The notes under the pieces are model-generated. The model ran no database searches, had not been told where the DNA came from, and saw only the letters and a list, made by a program, of their open reading frames with translations. This document shows, piece after piece, positions 45,693-55,273 of a stretch of DNA of 64,000 nucleotides (the stretch's first letter is position 1; each line of letters opens with the position of its first letter). This DNA comes from an uncultured Acidobacteriota bacterium (GTDB lineage Bacteria; Acidobacteriota; Thermoanaerobaculia; Gp7-AA8). Made by a program: the position numbers and the translations under genes. The stretch is taken from positions 20,832 to 84,831 of the forward strand of contig CALMZP010000046.1 of the NCBI GenBank assembly GCA_937870635.1. The letters are read 5' to 3'.

Positions 45693-46293
45693 TGCGGTAC
45701 GCGGATACGTAGCGGTTTGCGCGCAAAAAAAAGCGAAGAGGCCACGCGGCCGCTTCGCCCGATCCATCGATTCCGACGCGCTGTGTCACGACGATGTCAT
45801 CATCCGACACCTCGATGTCGCGTGGGGTGATGAAAAGACTCTCGCCGTCGAGACGCTCCCCATCGAGCTTGCGGTCGATCGCCATCGCCATGCAGATCTT
45901 TCCGGGACCGTTCGTCAGATCGAAATCGCGTTTGGCTTTCGGCCGGTTCTTCCGCATCGTTTCGATTCCTTTGACCGGCTCGACGGCGCGGAGGAGGACC
46001 GCTTCCGCGATATCCGCTTCCTGCGTGACGACGTTCATGCACCAGTGCATACCGTACGTGAAGTAGACGTAGGCGTGTCCGCCAGTGAGATACATCGACT
46101 CGTTGCGGTCAGAGCGCAATCCCCGCCGCGCATGGCTCGCCGGATCATTCGCGCCGAGGTAGGCCTCGGTCTCGACGATGCGCGCGGCGAGGGTCGTCTT
46201 TCGAATGCGCCGCCACAGCACGCAGCCGAGAAGGTTGCGGGCGACGGAGACTGTGTCGTCGAGATAGAAGTCGGGGGGTAGTTTCGTGGGCAT
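45682..46293 (-). CDS. mpg: DNA-3-methyladenine glycosylase (Mpg/AAG family)
   Basis: 203 aa. ARIVETEAYLGANDPASHA, YVYFTYGMHWCMNVV, LLRAVEP, NGPGKICMAM. Confidence 0.9.
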   Translation of the reverse strand: MPTKLPPDFYLDDTVSVARNLLGCVLWRRIRKTTLAARIVETEAYLGANDPASHARRGLRSDRNESMYLTGGHAYVYFTYGMHWCMNVVTQEADIAEAVLLRAVEPVKGIETMRKNRPKAKRDFDLTNGPGKICMAMAIDRKLDGERLDGESLFITPRDIEVSDDDIVVTQRVGIDGSGEAAAWPLRFFLRANRYVSAYRNVR

Positions 46294-46310
46294 GGTGTGC
46301 GTGTGTACCG

Positions 46311-46370
46311 GGTGCTTAGTGCTGAATGCTTAGTGCTGCAAACAGCACCAAGCACCTAGCACCAAGCACC
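46311..46370. repeat. Tandem-heptamer hairpin, unit GTGCTTA / AGCACCA
   Basis: Left arm 46311-46338, loop caaac, right arm 46344-46370. Lies 3' of the SuhB-like gene on the minus strand. Confidence 0.9.
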
Positions 46371-46377
46371 AGGCCAG

Positions 46378-47193
46378 CTACCTGGCCGCTTTCCGACGGT
46401 CGAGTGCCTCTTCCGAGGCGTGCTTTCCGATCATGCGGAGCAGTTCCTCCTGAACGGCGGGCGGCGCACCGACGATGTTGCCGCGATCGAACCACCGTTG
46501 GCCACCGGAGAAATCACTCACGACTCCGCCTGCCTCCTGAACGAGCAATGCGCCGGCGGCGACGTCCCATGCAGCGAGGTGCAGTTCGAAAAATCCGTCG
46601 AAGATTCCGGCGGCGGTGTAGGCGAGATCGAGGGCTGCCGACCCCGCGCGCCTCACTCCCTTCGCTTTGCGGATGACGTCCTCGAAGATCTTCACATAGA
46701 TGCTCACGTACTCCTGGGCCCGGAAGGGAAAGCCGGTCGCGAGAAACGATCCTTCGACGCCCGTCTGGTTCGAGACCCGGATGCGCTCGCCGTTTCGAAA
46801 GGCGCCCGATCCCCGCTCGGCCGTGAAGAACAGCTCGCGAAGAGGCTCGTAAACGACCGCGGCGACACCTTCATCACCGGAGCGCAGACCGATGGAGACG
46901 CACCACATAGGAAAGTGCTGGAGATAGTTCGAAGTACCGTCGAGAGGATCGATGACCCACGTCCGTTTCGTCGAGCCCTCACTCTTGCTTCCCTCCTCGC
47001 CCAGGATCCCGTCGCCCGGCGCGAGCTCGCGCAGGGTGGCAACGATTGCGGCTTCGCTCTCGCGGTCGGCGTTCGACACCCAGTCGTGCCGCGATTTCAG
47101 GTCGGCATCCTTCTTCCCGAGTTGCTGCCAGTACTTGAGGAGCACGGCAGCGCCGCGGCGCGCCGCCTCTGTTGCGATGTCGATGTCATTCAT
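46378..47193 (-). CDS. Inositol-monophosphatase-family protein (SuhB-like)
   Basis: ATG 47193. SNADRESEAAI, GEEG, WVIDPLDGTSNY, WDVAAGALLVQEAGG. Confidence 0.85.
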   Translation of the reverse strand: MNDIDIATEAARRGAAVLLKYWQQLGKKDADLKSRHDWVSNADRESEAAIVATLRELAPGDGILGEEGSKSEGSTKRTWVIDPLDGTSNYLQHFPMWCVSIGLRSGDEGVAAVVYEPLRELFFTAERGSGAFRNGERIRVSNQTGVEGSFLATGFPFRAQEYVSIYVKIFEDVIRKAKGVRRAGSAALDLAYTAAGIFDGFFELHLAAWDVAAGALLVQEAGGVVSDFSGGQRWFDRGNIVGAPPAVQEELLRMIGKHASEEALDRRKAAR

Positions 47194-47289
47194 GGGCGGC
47201 GCGTATTGTAGGGGCTCCGAGCCTTCACGCTCCTTTTCCATTTTTGGAGGTGGGGGAGAGGGCGTCTCGCGGTTCTCCTTAGCGTGGCC

Positions 47290-50200
47290 ATGAGAGGGGC
47301 TTCGCGTCGCACGGGCGAACTGATGCTCGTGTCTCCAGGCGATTCGTTCGCGTGGGGAACGGTAACGATCGCTACGCTGCGTCACTGCTCGCTGCCCTGG
47401 TACGACGCGTCGGGACCGCCGATCTCGCTTCGCGCGACACCGCTCGGTGACGCCGGCGAGCTCGGGACGAGAGATCGGCTGTCACTACTCGCGCAGTTCG
47501 CAGCGCATCAGGCGTTTCTGCAGTTTGCGGGAATCGCCGATGCGGACTTGGACATCGCCGAGTGGGCGGTCATCCGCAAGCGAGGCACCGACTGCCGTCT
47601 CGTTCGAATCGCAGCGCGTGTGGTCGATCCTCTTTCAGCGCCGCCCGTCCTGTCGTTGACTCACAAGTTCGCGGAGTTCGTTGCTGCGCCGCCCCTCCCG
47701 ATCTTCCGACAGCCGTGGGCGCGCGCGGAGGCCGTGTATGTGGAGGCCGATGAGATCGTGCGCCTCGACGCGAGCGCCGACCTCCGCTGGATGAGACGCA
47801 GCGCAACGGGAGAAGTGCGGGCCCCGGGTGCAGACGCCTTGCGGGCGATGTGGCTGCGCGCGGGCGGTCGTCACACATGCTCCGACCCGGCCGTCATCGA
47901 AACGCTGACGCTCCTGGCGGCGCTCGATTCTTCTACGACGCTCGTCACGCTGGCGAACGATTTTCCGTTGCACCGATACGGCGCTCTCGCTCCTCTGGAC
48001 TCCTCACTCCCCGGCTCCGATCACCCGGAAGCAGTGGTCGCGGAGAGAATCGCAGCTGGTCTGGCGGAGCATCATCATGTCGTGTACGCAGGCGCCCAGC
48101 TCGATGCCGCCTCGCGCCGGGTCGCGGAGATCGCGAGCTCGCTTGGAACCGCCACGTGGATCTTCGCGAACTCAGACGGCGAGTGTCTGAAGACGCGCTG
48201 GTTCCTCCTCGCTTCACGGACCGTCGCGCGAACCGCGATCGAGAGGCACATCGAGACGATTGCCGATCCTCGCCCGTGGCTCGAGCAGTTCGCCGGTTCG
48301 GACCGATATGCCGAGTTTCTCAATACCGGAGAGCTTCCGCCCGACGATGCGTTCTCGAGGCTGGCCGAGCCGAAGCGCTCCTACATCGCCGCGCTCGCCC
48401 TGCTGGGCGTGCGGGTTCCCGCTGGAGTCAGCGCTCGATTCTTGAAGGAGTTTCTCTTCGACCAGTCGCTCGAGGAGTTGTGCGTGCCGGGCGTGACGCA
48501 CATGGAGGGCGGCGACTTTTGCTTCGAGAGCGAAGGAATCCGCGCGCATTGTGCGCGCCACATCTCCGAATCATCGAGAGCCGCGCTATGCCGGACGGCA
48601 GCAGCCGCAGTCGACGCCGAGCGCGCCGCGTTTCTGCTCATCGATGCAGGAGATACGGCCGCTGGGCTGGCCAGACTCGAGTCGCTTCCGTGGACCGGCG
48701 CCGAAGAGATCGCCGATCGCCTGACTCGTGTGCCGGAGTCGGCGTTGACGCCTCGGCTCCTTCATCTGCTCGGCCATGCGCTCGTCGACTGCGGTCGATA
48801 CCGAGACGCAGCGCGTCTCGCAACGAGACTCGACGTCCCCGAGGGTGAGCTCCTGCTGGCGCGGTGCGATCGCCGCGCGGGGGATTATGAGACCGCTCTC
48901 GCACGGCTCGACCGCGGGGCGCGCTGCGGCACCGCTCCAGCCGCAGGATCGTTCAGCTCTGCAGGGTCATTTGCGAGCTCCATCCTTCGCTGCGAGATTC
49001 TCCGCGTTGCGTTGCGTTTTGCCGATGCCATGGCCGTGCTGGCGACGGTCGAACCGAAGACGGACGAAGAGTTCGTGGCCACCGCCTATGAAGCTTCACT
49101 GCTCGCGCTCGAGACCGGGCAGCACTATGACGTCACCTGGACCGATCGCGACCACTACCTGGCCGCGCGGTTCCTGACCTACCGTGCGCTCACCGATTCG
49201 GACTTCGCCTCTGCGGAACAGCTTGCACGCGACGCCCTGCGCCTGGCGCGGTCTCCCATCGAGAGCGTCGACGCATGGCTCGACATCGTCTTCGCGACTT
49301 TCTCGGCCGGACGATGGGGTGAGACACGCGCGCGAGCGCTTGAGGCGTTGAGCGTCATCGAAGAAACGCAGGGTGATCGAGCCGCCGCGGGGATTCTTTT
49401 CACTCTCACGTATCTCGCGGCGGACGACGGACAGTGGCAATCCGCCGCGTCGATGCTCGAGCGCCTGCGACATTACTACGCGGCCGTTCGGGATGCTTCC
49501 AGACTTTTCGAGCTGAAGCTCCTCGACGCCCATCTCAAGTTCTCCCGCGGCGCCTTTGCCGATGCGCGGCGCCTCGCCGCCGACGTCCTCGAGCGGCCAC
49601 AGCTGCTCCCGCAGGTACGAGAGGCTGCCGCGCTGATCGTTGACGAGGTCAACGCGATCGAACATCACGACGCGACGATGCGGTCGACCGGCGGCAGCGG
49701 AAATCGCGAGCTGACGGATCGCCATCGTCTGCTCGCAGCGCGTCGTGGCAATCGGTCGCTACCACCGGACGGAGCATTCAATCGAGAGCTCGAGCGATGG
49801 CAGAAGGCTCCGGCGTCGGAGCCTCCGGCGGCGTCGTCCCGCTCCGAGAAACTGAAGCTCATGCGTGTCGCTCTCGCCTCCCGACGCGCGGAGATCTTCG
49901 AACCGCTCCGCGCCGACCTGGGAGTCGAGGTCGCCGGCGAAGCGCCCTTCGCGGAAGAGCTGGAGATCCTGAGGCTGGCGGCGACGAGCGAGTATCCGTT
50001 CGAACCCTCTGCTTTCAGAGGCATCGAATGGGCATACGCCGAGCGCAATCGCCTCGGTCATTGGAGCATCATGGGGAACACCCCGATCGAACCGGCGGCG
50101 CTCGACGGAATTCTCACGGCTGGCGGGGCGGACTGGCACCGCTGCAGCGATCGGGAGCTCCTGCTCATGCGCGGCTCCCAACGGTGGCCCACTCGCGTGC

Positions 50201-51258
50201 AGGAGACGATGGCGGCGGTGTTCCGGACCCGGGCCGAGAATCACCGGCTCAAGCGCCTCGCCGAGCGTGATGACGAATCGCCTCCGGCCGTCGGCATCCA
50301 TCACGGAATGGTGGGTGAGTCGCCCGCCCTGCAGGGTGTGCTGTACGCGATCGGCCGTGTTGCCGCTCGCGACGTGCCAGTCTGCATCCTCGGCGAATCT
50401 GGAACGGGCAAAGAGCTGGTGGCGCGCGCGGTCCATCGCGAATCGGCGCGCAGGCAGAAACCGTTCGTGGCGGTCAATTGTGCTGCTCTGCCCGAGAACC
50501 TGCTCGAAAGCGAGCTGTTCGGGCACGCGCGCGGAGCATTTACCGGCGCCGATCGCGATCGCGCGGGACTGATCGAGACCAGCGACGGTGGAACCCTCTT
50601 CCTCGACGAGATCGGTGAGATGTCACTGGTCGCGCAGGCAAAGGTTCTCCGTTTCCTCCAGGACGGCGAGTTTCGTCGCGTCGGCGACAACGCGAGTCGC
50701 ACCGCCGACGTGCGGATCATCTCGGCGACCAACCGCCGTCTTGAATCGGCGGTGGACGAAGGGCGGTTCAGGGAGGATTTGTATTACCGGGTTCGCGGCG
50801 TAGAGATCGCGATACCGCCGCTGCGCGAACGAGGTGCAGACGTCCTTCTTCTTGCGCGCCACTTTCTGACCGTGGAGCGCGCAAAGCATCGCTCGGGACC
50901 GGCGGAGATGTCATCCGAGGTGGAGTCTCTGTTCCGGTCGTATCGATGGCCGGGGAACGTCCGCGAGCTCCAGAATGCCGTACGCGCCGCGCATGCGATG
51001 GCGGGTGAGGCCCGGGAGATCGCTGTGGACCATCTGCCCGAGCGGTTCCGGAACGTCGTGCCGGCTCGCCTCATGGCGGGTTCCTATCAGGATGCGGTGG
51101 CGCGATTCCGCCGCGATCTGATCGAACGGTCGCTTCTCGAGGCGGAAGGCAACCAGAACCGCGCGGCGGCGCTCCTGAACATCTCTCGCCAGGCGCTTGC
51201 CTATCAGATCCGCGAGCTGGGCATCATGGTGCGAAAGCCGGCGCCGCGAAGCATGTGA
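47290..51258 (+). CDS. Giant sigma-54-dependent activator: about 950-aa helical/TPR-like N-terminal region without P-loop, then AAA+ sigma-54 interaction domain and Fis-type HTH
   Basis: C-terminal third: GESGTGKELVARAVH, ARGAFTGAD (GAFTGA), LFLDEIGEM, FREDLYYR, NVRELQNAV, AAALLNISRQALAYQI. I saw no GxxxxGK[ST] in the N-terminal part. Start candidates are GTG 47284, ATG 47290 and ATG 47320. Confidence 0.85.
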   Translation: MRGASRRTGELMLVSPGDSFAWGTVTIATLRHCSLPWYDASGPPISLRATPLGDAGELGTRDRLSLLAQFAAHQAFLQFAGIADADLDIAEWAVIRKRGTDCRLVRIAARVVDPLSAPPVLSLTHKFAEFVAAPPLPIFRQPWARAEAVYVEADEIVRLDASADLRWMRRSATGEVRAPGADALRAMWLRAGGRHTCSDPAVIETLTLLAALDSSTTLVTLANDFPLHRYGALAPLDSSLPGSDHPEAVVAERIAAGLAEHHHVVYAGAQLDAASRRVAEIASSLGTATWIFANSDGECLKTRWFLLASRTVARTAIERHIETIADPRPWLEQFAGSDRYAEFLNTGELPPDDAFSRLAEPKRSYIAALALLGVRVPAGVSARFLKEFLFDQSLEELCVPGVTHMEGGDFCFESEGIRAHCARHISESSRAALCRTAAAAVDAERAAFLLIDAGDTAAGLARLESLPWTGAEEIADRLTRVPESALTPRLLHLLGHALVDCGRYRDAARLATRLDVPEGELLLARCDRRAGDYETALARLDRGARCGTAPAAGSFSSAGSFASSILRCEILRVALRFADAMAVLATVEPKTDEEFVATAYEASLLALETGQHYDVTWTDRDHYLAARFLTYRALTDSDFASAEQLARDALRLARSPIESVDAWLDIVFATFSAGRWGETRARALEALSVIEETQGDRAAAGILFTLTYLAADDGQWQSAASMLERLRHYYAAVRDASRLFELKLLDAHLKFSRGAFADARRLAADVLERPQLLPQVREAAALIVDEVNAIEHHDATMRSTGGSGNRELTDRHRLLAARRGNRSLPPDGAFNRELERWQKAPASEPPAASSRSEKLKLMRVALASRRAEIFEPLRADLGVEVAGEAPFAEELEILRLAATSEYPFEPSAFRGIEWAYAERNRLGHWSIMGNTPIEPAALDGILTAGGADWHRCSDRELLLMRGSQRWPTRVQETMAAVFRTRAENHRLKRLAERDDESPPAVGIHHGMVGESPALQGVLYAIGRVAARDVPVCILGESGTGKELVARAVHRESARRQKPFVAVNCAALPENLLESELFGHARGAFTGADRDRAGLIETSDGGTLFLDEIGEMSLVAQAKVLRFLQDGEFRRVGDNASRTADVRIISATNRRLESAVDEGRFREDLYYRVRGVEIAIPPLRERGADVLLLARHFLTVERAKHRSGPAEMSSEVESLFRSYRWPGNVRELQNAVRAAHAMAGEAREIAVDHLPERFRNVVPARLMAGSYQDAVARFRRDLIERSLLEAEGNQNRAAALLNISRQALAYQIRELGIMVRKPAPRSM

Positions 51259-51340
51259 CAATTCCCGAAAGCCGTCGTGCCGAATCTGGTACCACGTTTC
51301 CGGTTCGCGGTCACCCTCCATAGAATCGCGGCATCCGAAC

Positions 51341-52666
51341 ATGAACAGGCGTTGTCGTGAGGCTGCCTCCGTTCTCCTACCCCTCCTGACGGCGGTGCTG
51401 ACCGCGTGTGCCCTCTACTCGGAAGTTTCTGTCGCGCCGCTCAACGTGCTGCCGACGAAGATCGACCGCGGCGCTGACGTTCAGCAGATGGTTCGCAAGG
51501 CCGATTATCTGCGCGCGCTCGAAACTGCGCCCATGATCGAAGCGCGGACCCGGCCACACGCTGCCGACCTGATCGCTCTCGCATACGCGGAGATGGCTGC
51601 GGCGCGCTACGGGCGGGCCCGCCAGCATCTGCGCGCCGCGCTCGACCTCGAGCCGTTCCGGACCAGCCAGGCCGACGCCGCGTGGAACCTGGCCCAGATC
51701 GACTACATGACGAACAACTTCGCGACGTCGCTCGAATGGGCGGAGCGCGCGATCGATCACGGACTGAACGTCATGACGTGGCACCTCGATTACCTCCGGG
51801 CGCTGAAGAACGTCGATGTCTATCAGTTCGCGGGCGCCGTGCGCGAAGACCTGCCGATGAAGATCGGACGCCCCGACGTTCCGCGCATCGACGTGCGCCT
51901 CAACCAGCACCCTGAGATCATCACGGCGATCATCGATTCCGGTGCCGTGCTGTCGATCATCTCGCAGCGGCTCGCGAACACGCTCGGGGTGAAGTCGCTG
52001 CCGGGCGCCCCGGGCACGTTCTACGGGCTCCTCGCGGAGCCGATCTCGGTCCGCTTCGCGGTGATCGACGTGATGCACATCGGGCTGATCGAAGTGCGGA
52101 ACGTACCGGTGGCGATCATGCCGGACGACAAGATGCGCTTCTTCGTCTCCGGCAACCGCGAGTATTCGATGGACCTCCTGCTCGGCGCTCATCTGCTGAA
52201 GGAATTCCGGCTGGAGCTCGACTTCTCCCGCAACCGGCTGATCGTCACGCGGCTGACATCCCTCGACCGCCGCCCTGCGGAGAACCAGAACCTCTTCTTC
52301 GAGAACTTCCGCCCCGTCGTGCGGGCAACCGTGCAGAAACACGGCTGGTACATCTTCGTCCTCGATACCGGCAGCGAGATCACCTATCTGAACGAAGTCC
52401 AGCTCCGCTCGCTGGCGATCGATTACTTCACGCCGCGCATTCACTCCGCCACGCTTCAAGGTCTCGGCGGTGCCAGAAAACACGGCGCGAAGATCGAGAA
52501 CGTCGAGATCGGAGTCGACAAATGGGCCGGCACGTTCAAGACGCTGCCCATGTACACCGGCAACGAGAATGACCGCGCGGTGGGGATCATCGGCGAGAAC
52601 TTCCTGAAGCAGTTCAAGGTGATCATCGACTTCGGCAGGATGCGGGTGGACCTGGAGAGAAGGTAA
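51341..52666 (+). CDS. Lipoprotein with TPR-like N-domain and two retropepsin-like aspartyl-protease lobes
   Basis: 442 aa. Lipobox LTAC. Two catalytic-type motifs, IIDSGAVLS and VLDTGSEITY. Confidence 0.75.
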   Translation: MNRRCREAASVLLPLLTAVLTACALYSEVSVAPLNVLPTKIDRGADVQQMVRKADYLRALETAPMIEARTRPHAADLIALAYAEMAAARYGRARQHLRAALDLEPFRTSQADAAWNLAQIDYMTNNFATSLEWAERAIDHGLNVMTWHLDYLRALKNVDVYQFAGAVREDLPMKIGRPDVPRIDVRLNQHPEIITAIIDSGAVLSIISQRLANTLGVKSLPGAPGTFYGLLAEPISVRFAVIDVMHIGLIEVRNVPVAIMPDDKMRFFVSGNREYSMDLLLGAHLLKEFRLELDFSRNRLIVTRLTSLDRRPAENQNLFFENFRPVVRATVQKHGWYIFVLDTGSEITYLNEVQLRSLAIDYFTPRIHSATLQGLGGARKHGAKIENVEIGVDKWAGTFKTLPMYTGNENDRAVGIIGENFLKQFKVIIDFGRMRVDLERR

Positions 52667-52674
52667 GTATTCTT

Positions 52675-52715
52675 ATCCTGAGCGAAGCGAGGGATCTCCG
52701 GAACCACTGGCAGGG
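52675..52715. repeat. Solo copy of the MITE-like terminal repeat
   Basis: ATCCTGAGCGAAGCGAGGGATCTCCGGAACCACTGGCAGGG, 9 nt after the retropepsin-like gene's stop. Confidence 0.8.
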
Positions 52716-52777
52716 TGCAAGCGTAAGCGCGGAGAAATGACGTCAAGCGTCGGGCTGAGGCGAGTACGGCATCCCCC

Positions 52778-54169
52778 CTACTTCTTCTCTTCCCTCTTCC
52801 TGTTGGCCCATCCTTCGACGATCCGCTGCGGTGTGCGGCTGAGCGCCAGTGAATCCGCGGGCACGTCCTTCGTGATCGTGGAGCCGGCACCCACATACGC
52901 ACCCTTGCCGACGCGTACCGGGGCGACGAGCTGCGTATCCGATCCGATGAAGGCGCCTTCCTCGATCGTGGTTTTGTTCTTCCGCACGCCATCGTAGTTG
53001 CAGGTGATGGTGCCGGCGCCGATGTTCGCATCTGCGCCTACATCGGCGTCACCGATGTAGGAGAGGTGGGAGGCCTTCGCGCCTTTCCCGAAGATCGCCT
53101 TCTTCGTTTCGACGAAGTTCCCGACCTTCACGGACTCTCCGAGCCTGGTCCCGGGACGGAGATGCGCGTAGGGGCCGACGGTCGCGTGATCGCCGATCTC
53201 GCTCTCTTCCGCCACGGTTCCTGTCTTCACGTGAACATCGTTGCCCACGATGACGTCTCGCAGATGAACCCCGGGCTCGATGACGCAGCCCGAGCCGATC
53301 TTCGTCGAGCCTTCGAGCGTGACGTACGGATAAACCACGGTGTCGTTGCCGATGACCACCGTCGAGTCGATGACGACCGTCTGAGGATTTCTGAACGTGA
53401 CTCCCTCGGACATGAGCTTCTGAACGACCCGTCGCTGAATGACCGACTCGACCGTCGCCAGCTCGGCGCGTGAATTGACGCCGAGCGCTTCGTCAGGATC
53501 GGTGACGATCATCGCGCCGACACGCTGGCCCGCGGTCCGAAGGGCGCCGAGAAGATCGGTGAGGTAGTACTCACCCTGGGCGTTCGAATTCGAAAGCTTG
53601 CGGAGGTTGTCGAAAAGGTGCTCGGCGCTGAAGAGATAGATGCCGGCATTCACTTCGTTGATTCGTTTGATCGCGTCATCGGCGTCTTTCGCCTCGACGA
53701 TCTTCTGCACGTTCCCGCTCCCGTCGCGGACGATGCGGCCGTACAGGCCCGGCTCATCGAGCTTCATCGTGAGCAGCGTGAGGGCATTGCCGGCCCGGCG
53801 GTGTTCGTCGATGAGACCTTTCAGGGTTTCCGGCCTCGTCAGCGGGACGTCGCCGGAAAGAATGAGGACATTGCCCGATCGCACACCTTCCGCTTCGAGA
53901 ATCCGCGCCGCCTGCATCACCGCGTGTCCGGTTCCGAGCTGCTCTTCCTGGATGGCGTAGCGGGCGCGGCTGCCAACCGACTGCTGCACGCTGTCGCGCT
54001 GATGGCCGATCACCATCACCGGCGGCCGGGAAGAGATGTTCGACGCGAGGTCGAGCACGTAGTCGACGATCGGGCGGCCGGCGGCGCGATGAAGAATCTT
54101 GATGGTTCTCGATTTCATCCGCGTGCCGAGGCCGGCGGCGAGGATGATCACTTCCAGGTTGTCGGACAT
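52778..54169 (-). CDS. glmU: Bifunctional UDP-N-acetylglucosamine pyrophosphorylase / glucosamine-1-phosphate N-acetyltransferase
   Basis: ATG 54169 with a GGAGGA RBS. ILAAGLGTRMKS, then left-handed beta-helix hexapeptide repeats in the C-terminal half. Confidence 0.95.
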   Translation of the reverse strand: MSDNLEVIILAAGLGTRMKSRTIKILHRAAGRPIVDYVLDLASNISSRPPVMVIGHQRDSVQQSVGSRARYAIQEEQLGTGHAVMQAARILEAEGVRSGNVLILSGDVPLTRPETLKGLIDEHRRAGNALTLLTMKLDEPGLYGRIVRDGSGNVQKIVEAKDADDAIKRINEVNAGIYLFSAEHLFDNLRKLSNSNAQGEYYLTDLLGALRTAGQRVGAMIVTDPDEALGVNSRAELATVESVIQRRVVQKLMSEGVTFRNPQTVVIDSTVVIGNDTVVYPYVTLEGSTKIGSGCVIEPGVHLRDVIVGNDVHVKTGTVAEESEIGDHATVGPYAHLRPGTRLGESVKVGNFVETKKAIFGKGAKASHLSYIGDADVGADANIGAGTITCNYDGVRKNKTTIEEGAFIGSDTQLVAPVRVGKGAYVGAGSTITKDVPADSLALSRTPQRIVEGWANRKREEKK

Positions 54170-54186
54170 TGATCCTCCGGCGCGGC

Positions 54187-55236
54187 TCACGCCTGTGTCG
54201 TCTTACGCATGCGCTCCAGCGTTTTGCCGTAGCGGTCGTAGAGCCGGAATATCGTTTCGGCGAGCGCGGCCGAGTCGTGTCGCACGAAGTTCCCCTCTGC
54301 AATGATGTCGCCGAAAAACGGCGTCACGCCGAGCTCGCGCACTGCATGGATGTCGAACTGCACGGGGAACTGGTTCTGCTGTGAGTAGGTTTGGATGGTC
54401 GATTCCGAAGGGCGGCGCCCATTGATGATGATGACGTCGACCACGAGACCGGCATGCTCGATGAGCGCCTTGAGATGGTCCTGGGCCGTGTAGCCGTCGG
54501 TCTCGCCGGGCTGGGTCATGACGTTGCAGATGTAGACGCGCAGCGCTTTCGCGTCGCGGATCGTGCCGGCGATCCTGCGAATGGCCAGGTTCGGGATCAC
54601 CGATGTGTACAGCGATCCCGGTCCGATGATGATCAGGTCCGCTCCCGCCAGCGCTTCGAGCGCGCGCTGCGGCGGCTCGACATCGGGGGGATCCAGATCG
54701 AGCCGGGCAATGCGCGCGTGGTGAGGGGCGGTGCGCGGCTGTTCGCCGATGTCCGACCCGCTGATGGCGACCTCTCCGACGATTACGGTACCGTCCTCGA
54801 GTGTCGCGCGAAGCCGTATATCCGACAGCGTCGATGGGATGATCTGGCCGCGGATGGCCAGAACCTCTTCCGCCGCCAGGACGGCGTTGTCGAAACCGCC
54901 GGTGATGTCGGTCAGTGCCGTGAGCAGGAGATTGCCGAGCGAATGCCCTTTGAGGGCGGAGTCGGTCTCGAAGCGATAGTTGAAAAGCTGCGAGAGCAGC
55001 TGTTCCTCCTCGGCCAGAGCGACGATGCAGTTGCGGATGTCGCCCGGCGGCAGCATTCCGAACTCCTTGCGGAGAACGCCGGAGCTGCCTCCCTCGTCGG
55101 TCACCGTTACGATCGCCGCGAGGCTGGCGATCGACCAGGGACCATCCGCTTCGACGTACGCCTTCAGGCCGCGAAGAAGGGTGGAGAGGCCGGTGCCGCC
55201 ACCGATCGCGACGATGTTGAGGCCTTCATGACGCAT
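54187..55236 (-). CDS. yvcK: YvcK/CofD-like gluconeogenesis-factor family protein
   Basis: 349 aa. IVAIGGGTGLSTLLRGLK, VTVTDEGGSSG, IIIGPGSLYTSVIPNL. Confidence 0.9.
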   Translation of the reverse strand: MRHEGLNIVAIGGGTGLSTLLRGLKAYVEADGPWSIASLAAIVTVTDEGGSSGVLRKEFGMLPPGDIRNCIVALAEEEQLLSQLFNYRFETDSALKGHSLGNLLLTALTDITGGFDNAVLAAEEVLAIRGQIIPSTLSDIRLRATLEDGTVIVGEVAISGSDIGEQPRTAPHHARIARLDLDPPDVEPPQRALEALAGADLIIIGPGSLYTSVIPNLAIRRIAGTIRDAKALRVYICNVMTQPGETDGYTAQDHLKALIEHAGLVVDVIIINGRRPSESTIQTYSQQNQFPVQFDIHAVRELGVTPFFGDIIAEGNFVRHDSAALAETIFRLYDRYGKTLERMRKTTQA

Positions 55237-55273
55237 CCCTCGCGCATTCTAGTCGCTGTACCGGGGCTCCTAC

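Noticed and set aside
51287-51301. Sigma-54 promoter TGGTAC-N5-TTCC upstream of the retropepsin-like gene
   Set aside because: The spacing is correct, but the nearly invariant G of the -12 GC is a C and the -24 element is imperfect. It is kept only as a remark in the finding on the giant activator, not as a feature.
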